DNA from: Planctomycetota bacterium
Lineage (GTDB): Bacteria; Planctomycetota; UBA1135; UBA2386
Direction of reading: 5' to 3'
Assembly: GCA_965223545.1 (NCBI GenBank)
Contig: OZ245006.1
Location: 3,776,001-3,840,000 of the forward strand
DNA length: 64,000 nt
The translations under genes were made by a program, and so were the position numbers. This document shows positions 11,143-19,539 of the stretch, one piece after another (positions within the stretch are counted from its first letter, which is position 1; each line of letters starts with the position of its first letter). The notes under the pieces are model-generated. The model was not told the origin of the DNA and ran no database searches. It saw nothing but the letters and a program-made list of their open reading frames with translations.

Positions 11143-11265
11143 GAATGCGCGGCGCGAACTCGCGAACGTCGGCGGGAAGGTCGCCCACCGACTCACATTC
11201 AGAGCTCTCCCGCCCCAACGTCTCCCAGAGGCGACCGGCATGAACGCCGATCACAGAGTCCGCGA

Positions 11266-11769
11266 TCATCGGGCGCCCGCGAACACGTCGGCAAGGCTCT
11301 CAGCCGTCAGCAAGCGTTCTGCCCATGCGTCCAACTGCACAGCAGTCGCGGCACGTACGCGCACTTCGACATCCGTATCGATGGGTCCGTAACGGCGCTC
11401 GAGGAGCTTGAGCAGCATGTCCGCCCGACCCTGCGTCCGGCCCTGCGCCCGGCCCTGGGCTCGGCCCTGGGCTCGGCCCTCTTCTCTCAGTCGTTCTGCT
11501 GTGGACATGATCGTGTCTTCTTCGTCACCGACATCATTGGTGAGGAACTCGCGAAGCTCGGGCAACGGAACGTCCGCGACCTCCATGATATACGATAGCA
11601 CGCCTGCCAACGCGGCAACCCCGGTCGGGGAAGCGAAGACACTACGGAACGCATCCGTCCAGTGGCGCAGCTGGGAAAGCAAGTCCTCGGCGTGGCGCGC
11701 CCGCCCAAGGCAGAACAGCGTGAGTCTCGCCAGCGACGACAGCGCCCGGACACGCAGCGCCTCTACCAC
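11266..11769 (-). pseudogene. 5'-truncated Rpn-family (recombination-promoting nuclease/DUF4351-like) gene; internal ATG at 11508 gives an intact 80-aa C-terminal ORF
   Basis: MSTAERLREEG(RAQG)nRADMLLKLLERRYG...QLDAWAERLLTAESLADVF is a typical Rpn C-terminus. The nuclease N-terminus is absent, with an in-frame TAA at 11794-11796. Confidence 0.75.
11426..11480. repeat. 12-bp tandem repeat (about 4.5 copies) encoding the GRAQ/GRTQ repeat of the Rpn tail
   Basis: Units cgaccctgcgtc, cggccctgcgcc, cggccctgggct x2 and a partial cggccct. Confidence 0.85.
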
Positions 11770-11885
11770 CGGTGGCCCGAAGGCGGCGCGCGGTTACGCG
11801 CGCGTGGGCTGGCGACCCAGACGCTGCGTGTCCCTTCGGCAAGCGTGCATGAACGTCGGCTGGGCGCCGCCTACGGTCGAGGGCC

Positions 11886-12305
11886 ATGGAACAACTGGAA
11901 ACAACCCCGCTTCCACCGGACATCGAGGCCGTGCGACAGCGCATCGAGGAGTGGCGGCAGACGCGAGAGCGGCGCACGCGCATGCCCGAGAGTCTGTGGC
12001 AGGCTGCCGTCAAGCTGGTGGACGAGCACGGGATGTGGCGGGTGTCGCAGGCCCTGCGCGTGCGGTACGAGGGCCTCAAGTCCCGGGCGGCACCGGCTGA
12101 GGGAGCTGAGGCAGGCGCTAAGCCGAGGACGGCGCCTGGCTTCGTCGACTTGACCCCGGCGCTCGGAAGCGCGCTCGGTGAGGACGTGGCGACGACCGTG
12201 GAGCTATCGCGCCCGGACGGTGCGAGGCTGTCGCTGCGCTTTCGCGGCGGTGATGGCGTCGATCTCCAGTCGCTGGTCCGCGCGTTCAGCGAAGCGAACC
12301 GATGA
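11886..12305 (+). CDS. tnpA: IS66 TnpA-like accessory protein
   Basis: HTH-like RMPESLWQAAVKL segment, GFVDL and VELSRPDGARL C-terminal pattern; ATGA overlap with tnpB. Confidence 0.75.
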   Translation: MEQLETTPLPPDIEAVRQRIEEWRQTRERRTRMPESLWQAAVKLVDEHGMWRVSQALRVRYEGLKSRAAPAEGAEAGAKPRTAPGFVDLTPALGSALGEDVATTVELSRPDGARLSLRFRGGDGVDLQSLVRAFSEANR

Positions 12306-12664
12306 TCCAGATCACGCCGCAGATGCGCGTGCTGGTCGCGATCGAGCCCGCCGACTTCCGGCGCGGCATCGACGGACTTGCACGCCTGTGCCGCGAGGCG
12401 CTGCGGTCTGACCCATTCTCCGGCACGGTGTTCGTGTTTCGCAATCGCCGCGAATCGGCCGTCAAGCTGATCGTCTATGACGGCCAAGGCTTCTGGCTGT
12501 GCCACAGGCGCTTGTCCACCGGACGGTTTCGTTTCTGGCCGAAGACCGCGGACGACGGAGCCGCGAGCCTGCAAGCCCACGAGCTGCAGGTGCTGCTCCG
12601 CGGCGGCGACCCGGGCACGACCAAGGCGTCGCCGGAATGGCGGCCGGTCGCCGCGCGAGCGTGA
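12302..12664 (+). CDS. tnpB: IS66 accessory protein TnpB
   Basis: Motifs PADFRRGIDGL, DPFSGTVFVFRNRR and KLIVYDGQGFWLCHRRLSTGRF. Confidence 0.95.
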   Translation: MIQITPQMRVLVAIEPADFRRGIDGLARLCREALRSDPFSGTVFVFRNRRESAVKLIVYDGQGFWLCHRRLSTGRFRFWPKTADDGAASLQAHELQVLLRGGDPGTTKASPEWRPVAARA

Positions 12665-12724
12665 TGTCGACGACCGAGAAACTTTGGCTTGCGTTCCAAA
12701 TCCACACCAGCTACGAGTGTCCGT

Positions 12725-13603
12725 ATGGACTTCGTGCTCGAGCATCGCCATCGGCGCGTCACGGCCGACGAGGTCGCGTTCATCCGCGGTCTCATCGCCG
12801 AGCACCCCGACGCCAGTCGGCGCGCGTTGTCGGCGAAGCTGTGTGAGGCATGGGATTGGCGCCAGCCCAACGGCAGCCTGCGTGACATGGTGTGTCGCTC
12901 GCTGATGCTCGAGTTGCATCGGGCTGGCCACATCGAGCTACCGCCGAAGCGCTGCTCGCCGCGCAACAATCTGGCGCGGCGCAAGAAGCCCGAGTCGGTC
13001 GACGTGGACCAAAGCGCGATTCGTACCGACCTCCGCTCCCTCGGTCCGCTGGCGATCCGGCAAGTGCGGCGCACCGCCGAGGAGCCGCTGCTCAACGGCC
13101 TGATCGAGACGCACCACTACCTCGGGTACACGCAGCCGGTCGGCGAGCACCTCAAGCACCTGGTGTTCGCCGGCGATCGGCCGATCGCGTGCTTCACGTG
13201 GAGCTCTGCGCCGCGGCATCTGGGCCCGCGCGACCGCTTCATCGGGTGGAGCGCACAAGCGCGGCTGCGCAACATCCGGTTCGTCGCCTACAACAGCCGG
13301 TTCCTGATTCTGCCGTGGGTCGAGGTGCCGCACCTGGCGTCACACCTCCTCGGGAGGATGGTGCGCGCGCTGCCCGGCGAGTGGCAGCAGGTGTACGGGC
13401 ACCCGGTCCACTTCGCCGAGACCTTCGTGTACCCGGCCAAGTTCCGTGGCACGTGCTACCGGGCGGCGAACTGGATCGACCTGGGACCGACGACGGGACG
13501 CGGCAAGGACGATCAGACCAAGCGTCCGAACCGACCGCTCAAGGACGTGCTCGGCTATCCGCTGACGAAGCGTTTCCGGGAGCATCTCTGCCGGCTACCG
13601 TGA
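12725..13603 (+). CDS. DUF4338 domain protein (DruA-like), inside the IS66 element
   Basis: Motifs SRRALSAKLCEAWDWRQPNG, HHYLGY, RDRFIGW, NSRFLILPWV, HLASHLL, ETFV and GTCYRAANWIDLGPTTGRG. Confidence 0.8.
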   Translation: MDFVLEHRHRRVTADEVAFIRGLIAEHPDASRRALSAKLCEAWDWRQPNGSLRDMVCRSLMLELHRAGHIELPPKRCSPRNNLARRKKPESVDVDQSAIRTDLRSLGPLAIRQVRRTAEEPLLNGLIETHHYLGYTQPVGEHLKHLVFAGDRPIACFTWSSAPRHLGPRDRFIGWSAQARLRNIRFVAYNSRFLILPWVEVPHLASHLLGRMVRALPGEWQQVYGHPVHFAETFVYPAKFRGTCYRAANWIDLGPTTGRGKDDQTKRPNRPLKDVLGYPLTKRFREHLCRLP

Positions 13604-15273
13604 CGGCCAACAGTACCAAGTCGTCCGGCAAGTCGAAGCCGGACCTGAAGGTCGTCGACATGCGCAAGTTGGAGGACATCGTCGAACGAGCGTCGCGTGC
13701 GCTGCCCGAAGACGATGGCACGACGCTCCGAGCGTCGGTGGAGACTTTGGCGTGGCTGCAGCAGGAGCTGGCGAAGAAGGACGTCGACCTCGCACGGCTT
13801 CGCAGCCTGTTCGGGCTGAACACGAGCGAGAAGACGCGAGACGTGCTGGACGAGAAGGCCGACAAGCCGAAGGGCCGCGGCGACGCCGACAACGACAAGT
13901 CCGACCGCAAGCCGGCGAAGAAGAAGGCCAAGGGCCACGGTCGCAAATCGGCCGCCGACTACATCGGCGCCAACCGGATCGAGGTCGCGCACGGCTCGCT
14001 GAAGTCCGGCGATCCCTGCCCCGAGTGTCCGACAAACAAGTGCGGAAAGATCTACAGACAGGGCAAGCCGAAGACGCTCGTGCGCGTGGTAGGCCAGGCG
14101 CCTCTACAGGCGACGGTCTACGAGCTGGAGCGATTGCACTGCAACCTGTGCGGCACGGTGTTCGTGGCCGAGCCGCCGCCTGGCGTGGGCAAGAAGAAGT
14201 ACGACGCAACGTCGGCGAGCATGATCGCACTGCTGAAGTACGGGAGCGGCATGCCGTTCAATCGACTCGAGCAGCTTCAGGGGAGCCTCGGGATCCCCCT
14301 GCCAGCCGCAACCCAGTGGGACATCGTGAGCGCGGCCGCGACCGAGCTCACGCCGATCCACGACGAGCTGATCCGGCAGGCCGCGCAGGGTCGAGTGATG
14401 CACAACGACGACACCTCGATGCGGGTACTGGCGTTGCGCAAGCACATCGACGAGCAGCAGAAGTCCGGGGAGACGGACCGTACCGGCATCTTCTCGACCG
14501 GCGTCGTGTCGGTGCTCGATGACGGTCACCGCGTCGCGCTGTTCTTCACGGGCCGCCAACATGCCGGCGAGAACATCGAGGATGTCCTCGCGCATCGCGC
14601 CGCCGACCTCGGCAAGCCGACGCAGATATGCGACGGCCTGGACCGCAACCTGCCGAGAGAGTTCGAGACCGTGGTCGGCAACTGCCTCGCGCACGCGCGG
14701 CGGAAGTTCGTCGAGGTGGTGAACAGTTTCCCCGAAGAGTGCCGTCACGTGCTCGAGACCCTGCGCGATGTCTACGCGCACGACGCGACCACGCGCAAGC
14801 GCGGGATGTCGGACGAGGAGCGGTTGCGCTACCACCAGAAGCACAGCCAACCGCTGATGGACGGGCTCAGGGCGTGGATGGACGAACGCTTCGATCAGAA
14901 GCTGGTCGAGCCGAATTCGGCGCTGGGCAGCGCAATCACCTACATGACCAAACGCTGGGACCGGCTGACGCTGTTCCTGCGCGAGCCAGGGGCGCCGCTG
15001 GACAACAATGTTGTCGAACGCGCGCTGAAGAAGGCGATCCTCAATCGCAAGAACGCGCTGTTCTACGAGACCGAGAACGGCGCACGAGTCGGCGACCTGT
15101 TCATGTCGCTGATCCACACTGCCGAGCTCGTGGCCGCCAACCCGCGGGAATACCTGACCGCGGTGCTCACGCACATCGATGTCGCCCAGCGCGATCCCGG
15201 CAGATGGATGCCGTGGAGCTACTCGGCGACGGCAAGTGAGCTGGATGGTGCCGTGCCATCAGCCGCCCAGTAA
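13600..15273 (+). CDS. tnpC: IS66 DDE transposase TnpC
   Basis: GTG start overlaps the DUF4338 stop (GTGA). Leucine-zipper LFG..SEK, Zn-finger CPEC...CNLC, and DDE segments HNDDT, ICDG, CLAHARRKF and LDNNVVERALK. Confidence 0.92.
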   Translation: MTANSTKSSGKSKPDLKVVDMRKLEDIVERASRALPEDDGTTLRASVETLAWLQQELAKKDVDLARLRSLFGLNTSEKTRDVLDEKADKPKGRGDADNDKSDRKPAKKKAKGHGRKSAADYIGANRIEVAHGSLKSGDPCPECPTNKCGKIYRQGKPKTLVRVVGQAPLQATVYELERLHCNLCGTVFVAEPPPGVGKKKYDATSASMIALLKYGSGMPFNRLEQLQGSLGIPLPAATQWDIVSAAATELTPIHDELIRQAAQGRVMHNDDTSMRVLALRKHIDEQQKSGETDRTGIFSTGVVSVLDDGHRVALFFTGRQHAGENIEDVLAHRAADLGKPTQICDGLDRNLPREFETVVGNCLAHARRKFVEVVNSFPEECRHVLETLRDVYAHDATTRKRGMSDEERLRYHQKHSQPLMDGLRAWMDERFDQKLVEPNSALGSAITYMTKRWDRLTLFLREPGAPLDNNVVERALKKAILNRKNALFYETENGARVGDLFMSLIHTAELVAANPREYLTAVLTHIDVAQRDPGRWMPWSYSATASELDGAVPSAAQ

Positions 15274-15364
15274 CGCGAGGCTCCATCGCGCTGGCAAGCG
15301 GCCGCTCGCGCGGCGACCAAAAACCGGCCGCCTGCGCACGCTTGCCGGAAGGACACGACGCTGC

Positions 15365-15997
15365 TCAGCGCAGCCCGGCGCTCTTGTTCGGGACGGCGCG
15401 GCCGCGATACAGGTAGCCGCCGATCTTCGGCCCATCGAGGATCGGATGGGTCAGGTTCCGAACGTCGAACCCCGCCTCTCGGATCAGTGCATCGATCTCG
15501 CGATCGAGGTGACAACCCCCGGCGCAGACCTTGGACAGTCCGTTCAGCCGTCGCTGCCACTTGGCGACCTTCGGATCGGGAGACAATCCGTGCTCGAGGA
15601 AGTGCAGCGCTCCACCGGGCCGCAGAACCCGCCGCACTTCGGCGAGCGCCGCAACCACGTCGGGAATCGTGCACAGCGTCCAGGTGCTGGCGACCGCGTC
15701 CACCGAGGCGTCACCGAGCGGAATCTCTTCGCCGCGCAGCCCCATCCATTGGACGGGAATCCCGCTCCGCTCGACCCGCCGGCGGGCCAGCCTGCGATTC
15801 ACCACCGCCGGCTCCAGCGCCAAGATCTCGGTCACGGTGTCGGGGTAGTGCGCGAGGTTGTGACCGGCGCCGAACCCCAACTCGAGCACACGCCCCGACA
15901 AGGCGGCGAGGGCCGGGCCGCGGTGCTGGGCGAACTTCTTCGTACCCATGCAGAGGGCAACTCCGCGCGGCAGCAGGTGATCGGCGTAGAAGGCCAT
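15365..15997 (-). CDS. Class I SAM-dependent methyltransferase
   Basis: Motifs VLELGFGAGHN, TWTLCTIPD, VLRPGGALHFLEHG and GGCHLDR. The stop codon abuts the IS66 target duplication. Confidence 0.9.
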   Translation of the reverse strand: MAFYADHLLPRGVALCMGTKKFAQHRGPALAALSGRVLELGFGAGHNLAHYPDTVTEILALEPAVVNRRLARRRVERSGIPVQWMGLRGEEIPLGDASVDAVASTWTLCTIPDVVAALAEVRRVLRPGGALHFLEHGLSPDPKVAKWQRRLNGLSKVCAGGCHLDREIDALIREAGFDVRNLTHPILDGPKIGGYLYRGRAVPNKSAGLR

Positions 15998-16101
15998 TTG
16001 GAGTGGGCGTGTCGACCTGCTCGCCTCCATCGGCGTCGATCGACCGCGCCATGCTATCGCTTGAACGTTGCCGCGCGCAGTGATCAGCCCCGTCGCGGGC
16101 G

Positions 16102-16602
16102 TCATCCCGCCGATCGCCTGGACCACGGCGGCCTCGGCAACCACCGCGGCACGCGCGCACAGTAGGCCGGCCACGCTGCCGGAAACCGGCGCGCCGCCTG
16201 GGGCTCCTCGTAGAGCACGACGCGCAAATGGAACGCCACCATCGCGACGACGGCATAGACCGCCAGCGACGGTGAGGCGAACATCCACGCGTGACCGGCG
16301 ATCACCAGCAGCACACCGACGTACATCGGGTTGCGGCACCAGGCGAAGAGACCAGACGTGACCAGGGTGCGCGGTGGATTCCACGGCGCCAGAGTGCCGC
16401 CACCAACGGTGAAGAAGTCGCGCACCGTGCGCAGCAGGATGGCTGTGCCGCACACCGTGCACACCAACGCTTCCCAGCGCAGCGCCCCGCGGCGCGGATC
16501 GCCACTGCCGATCGCCAGTGGGATGACGAAGGCGACCATCAGCGGCAACGCCACGAAGGCGGCGACCGCGCTGCGCAGGCGCGCGCGCGGAGGTTCGGTC
16601 AC
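16102..16602 (-). CDS. Isoprenylcysteine carboxyl methyltransferase/PEMT-family membrane protein
   Basis: Motifs GGGTLAPWNPPRTLVTSGLFAWCRNPMYVG, EEP and YCARVPRWLP; hydrophobic helices; GTG start inferred. Confidence 0.88.
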   Translation of the reverse strand: MTEPPRARLRSAVAAFVALPLMVAFVIPLAIGSGDPRRGALRWEALVCTVCGTAILLRTVRDFFTVGGGTLAPWNPPRTLVTSGLFAWCRNPMYVGVLLVIAGHAWMFASPSLAVYAVVAMVAFHLRVVLYEEPQAARRFPAAWPAYCARVPRWLPRPPWSRRSAG

Positions 16603-16633
16603 GCCTTCGCCTCGTTTGGCCGCGCAGGTCGGC

Positions 16634-17959
16634 TCACTGTTTCTCCGCGACGACGCCGCGCAGCGGTTGCTTCCGCAGCTCGGCCTCGCGCATCCAGAGC
16701 TCGCGGCCGCCGGCGGGACGCTCGGGGGCACCTGGTTCCAGCTCGACGTGCAGATCGAGATCGCCGTCCACGACGCCCTCGAGGCTGGTCGGCCAGGACG
16801 GGCGCCGGCTGACGTTGCGCGCCGACAGCCGATACCCCGGCACCCTGAGCGAGAGGCTGAACTGCCCGGCCGGGACCGCGTCGAACGCGAACCGCCCATC
16901 GTCTGCGAGCACGACCGTCTGCGAGTCCCACTGCAGCTCGGCAGACAAGAGCAGCCGCACTCCTTCGGGGAGCGCGGACCCGTCGCTGGTCGTGACCCGT
17001 CCGGCGACCCGGTGGCCGGCGGCGACCTCCAGCACACCGACGTCGACCGTGCCCTTGCCGACCCGGATCCTCTGCGGACCGGCCGCGCCGTGCGCAGCCA
17101 GGGAGGCCATCTTGCCGTAGATCACGTACTCGCTACCGGCGGGGACGTTGTTGAAGGTGAAGGCGCCGTCGGCGTCGGTGGCGATGGTGAACTCGCCGAA
17201 GAACTCACCGGCGCTGCGATCGACCTGGGCCAGGCCGATGGCGACGCCGGGCAGACCCGCATCACCATCGACCAAGCGGCCGACGACGGTCGCGCCGGGA
17301 TCGAGAGTGATCCGGTTCGGTGTGGCGCCGGTGCGCAATTGCAGCAGCTTGGGCGCCAGCCCCGGCGAGCGAATGTCGACTCCGATCGCGTCAACCGCTT
17401 CCGCGTGACTCAGGTAGAACGTCCCGTCCGCGCCGGACACCGCGTACGAATCCAGCCCATCAACGGCGCCGAAAGTGCCGCGGCCGTCGTCCCAGTGGAT
17501 CGACCCGGCCGAGATCACCGCGCCGGCGACCGGCGTGCCGCGGTCGTCGACGATGAGGCCGTGCGCCACGCGCTGCGGGTCGGTGGGCGGCGGTGCCAGG
17601 GTCTCCAGCGTCACCGTCGGCGTGTCCACCAGTGGGTCGACCCGCCGCGCGTAGGTCGGCGTGTAGCCTTCGGCGAGCACCAGCACGTTGAACAGGAGCT
17701 CGGGGTCCAGGTCTTCGATGACGAACGCACCGCGCTCGTCGGCCGTTGCGGCTTTGCCGCAGTCGGCGTAGCAGCTGGGTCAATAGGGGCTCAAACCCTC
17801 GCGCAACGCGGCCGTGGCGATGCGCGCCGTGGCCCCGGCGACCGGCTCGCCGGCGGCATCGACGACGGTGCCGTGCAGCGCGGGGCCCGATTGGGCGGCG
17901 ATGGCGGCGGAGGTCGCCCACAACGGGAGAAGAACGCGGATCGGAAGGGTCGTCGGCAT
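16634..17959 (-). CDS. Secreted carboxypeptidase-regulatory-like (CarboxypepD_reg) repeat protein with an in-frame TGA at codon 60; candidate selenoprotein
   Basis: ATG 17959, signal peptide, then LHGTVVDAAGEPVAGA...LSPY-[TGA 17780-17782]-PSCYADCGKAATADERGAF, continuing in frame into the 350-aa ORF. Three G.VVD..G.P..GA-type repeats. Confidence 0.75.
17742..17767 (-). other. SECIS-like stem-loop 12 nt downstream of the in-frame UGA
   Basis: mRNA reads GCCG-AC-UGCGGC-AAA-GCCGCA-A-CGGC: a perfect 6-bp upper stem plus a 4-bp lower stem. Confidence 0.5.
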
Positions 17960-18016
17960 AGCTCTCGGGCGTCGTTTGGCGCATCGTAGCAGGATCCACC
18001 CCCTACTCGCCGATCC

Positions 18017-19513
18017 ATGCGCGCATCCATTCCACTCCTGCTTCTCGCGTTGACGGCGTGCCACTCGCCGCGGACCGCCCTGCCGCGCATCGCGGAGCTC
18101 TACAACGACGCCGCCAAGAAGGAGACCCGCAATCCCGTCGTCGTCATCCACGGGATCCTCGGCGCGCGGCTCGCGCAGCGCTCGACCGACAAGACCGTGT
18201 GGGGCGCCTTCACCTCGCGCAGCATCAATCCGAACACCGACGAGGGAGCGCGCGCGATGGCGCTGCCGCTGAGCCCGCCGGCCAACGCGATGGAGTACGA
18301 CGCCGAGACCGCCGACGTGTACCCGACGGGTCCGCTCGAGGCGCTCGAGTTCAACTTCTTGTTCCAGGTGCTGTCGGTCGACGTCTATGCCGCGATCCTG
18401 CGCACGCTGGGCGCCGGTGGCTACACCGACAACGTCGTGCTCGATCCGCTGAGCCCGGCCTACAGCGAGAACCACTTCACTTGCTTCTCGTTCTTCTACG
18501 ACTGGCGGCGCGACAACGTCGAGAACGCGATCCGCTTCGGTGAGTACCTCGACGAGACGCGCGCGCACATCTACGAGACGGCGGGGAAACGCATCATCGA
18601 GCTCCGCGCGAGCGGCAGCGAACAAGACCGCCGCGAGGCCGATTCCATGCAAGCTTGGCTGGACGAGGGCTTTCGCTTCGACGTCGTCGCGCACTCGATG
18701 GGCGGCCTGGTCGCGCGCTACTTTCTGCGCTACGGCGCCACCGACCTGCCAGCCGACGGCTCGATACCCGAAGTCACTTGGCGCGGCGCGGAGCAGATCG
18801 ACCGCCTGATCATGGTCGGCACGCCGAACTTCGGCGCCATGGACGCGCTGCGCAACCTGACCGAGGGCTTCCAGGTGGCGGCGATCTTCCCCCACTTCCA
18901 CCAGGCTTTGCTCGGCACGATGCCGTCGATCTATCAGCTGCTACCGCGCACGCGCCATCGGCTGTTCGTCGACTCCAGTGGGCGCGAGCTCGAACTCGAC
19001 GTGTTCGATCCCGAAGTCTGGGAGCGCTTCGGTTGGGGGTTGATGGATCCGAGCAGCGAAGCGGTCCTCGCTCGGCTCGAGCCGAACCTGGACGCCGCGG
19101 CTCGACGGGCGAAGGCGAAGGAGTACGTCACCTGGTCTTTGCAGCGCGCCAGCCGCTTCCATCGAGCGCTGGACCAAGTCCCACCGACCGCGCCGCCGAC
19201 CCGCCTCTACCTGTTCGCCGGTGACACCGAGGACACCCTGTCCTTGTGCCGCATCGAGCAGCATGGCGCGCGCACGGTGCCACAGTTCGATCGCCGCGAC
19301 TTGACGCTGCCCGGAGACGCGACGGTGCCGCGCTACAGCGCCGTCGGTGACGAACGGCGCACGACGCGCGATCCGAAGATGTACCTGCGATCGCCGATTC
19401 CGTGGTCCAACGTCACGTTCTTGGCCGACGACCACATCGGCATCACGAGCAACCCGCACTTCTCCAACAACACCCTGTTCCTGCTGCTGGAGACCCCACC
19501 GCCGGCGCGGTGA
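18017..19513 (+). CDS. Lipoprotein alpha/beta-hydrolase (LCAT/PGAP1-like lipase or acyltransferase)
   Basis: Lipobox LLALTAC; motifs VVVIHGILG, FFYDWRR, VAHSMGG nucleophile elbow, GTPNFGA, GDATVP and DH. Confidence 0.85.
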   Translation: MRASIPLLLLALTACHSPRTALPRIAELYNDAAKKETRNPVVVIHGILGARLAQRSTDKTVWGAFTSRSINPNTDEGARAMALPLSPPANAMEYDAETADVYPTGPLEALEFNFLFQVLSVDVYAAILRTLGAGGYTDNVVLDPLSPAYSENHFTCFSFFYDWRRDNVENAIRFGEYLDETRAHIYETAGKRIIELRASGSEQDRREADSMQAWLDEGFRFDVVAHSMGGLVARYFLRYGATDLPADGSIPEVTWRGAEQIDRLIMVGTPNFGAMDALRNLTEGFQVAAIFPHFHQALLGTMPSIYQLLPRTRHRLFVDSSGRELELDVFDPEVWERFGWGLMDPSSEAVLARLEPNLDAAARRAKAKEYVTWSLQRASRFHRALDQVPPTAPPTRLYLFAGDTEDTLSLCRIEQHGARTVPQFDRRDLTLPGDATVPRYSAVGDERRTTRDPKMYLRSPIPWSNVTFLADDHIGITSNPHFSNNTLFLLLETPPPAR

Positions 19514-19539
19514 GCGGGCGGGACGCTCGAAGTCCTCGC

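Larger units (their letters stand above)
11828..15356 (+). mobile_element. Complete IS66-family element (3529 bp) with four ORFs
   Basis: Left end GTGTCCCTTCGGCAAGCGTGC versus reverse complement of right end GTGTCCTTCCGGCAAGCGTGC (19/21). 8-bp direct repeat GACGCTGC at 11820-11827 and 15357-15364. Gene order tnpA-tnpB-DUF4338-tnpC. Confidence 0.93.

Noticed and set aside
11770..11827. IS66 insertion as the cause of the Rpn truncation
   Set aside because: An in-frame stop precedes the IS end, the TSD is intact, and the other flank is a methyltransferase stop rather than the Rpn 5' half.
12892..13599. 236-codon N-terminal extension of TnpC overlapping DUF4338, a possible frameshift fusion
   Set aside because: The extension is low-complexity Arg/Ala/Pro-rich, I saw no slippery site, and a GTGA-coupled start at 13600 explains tnpC.
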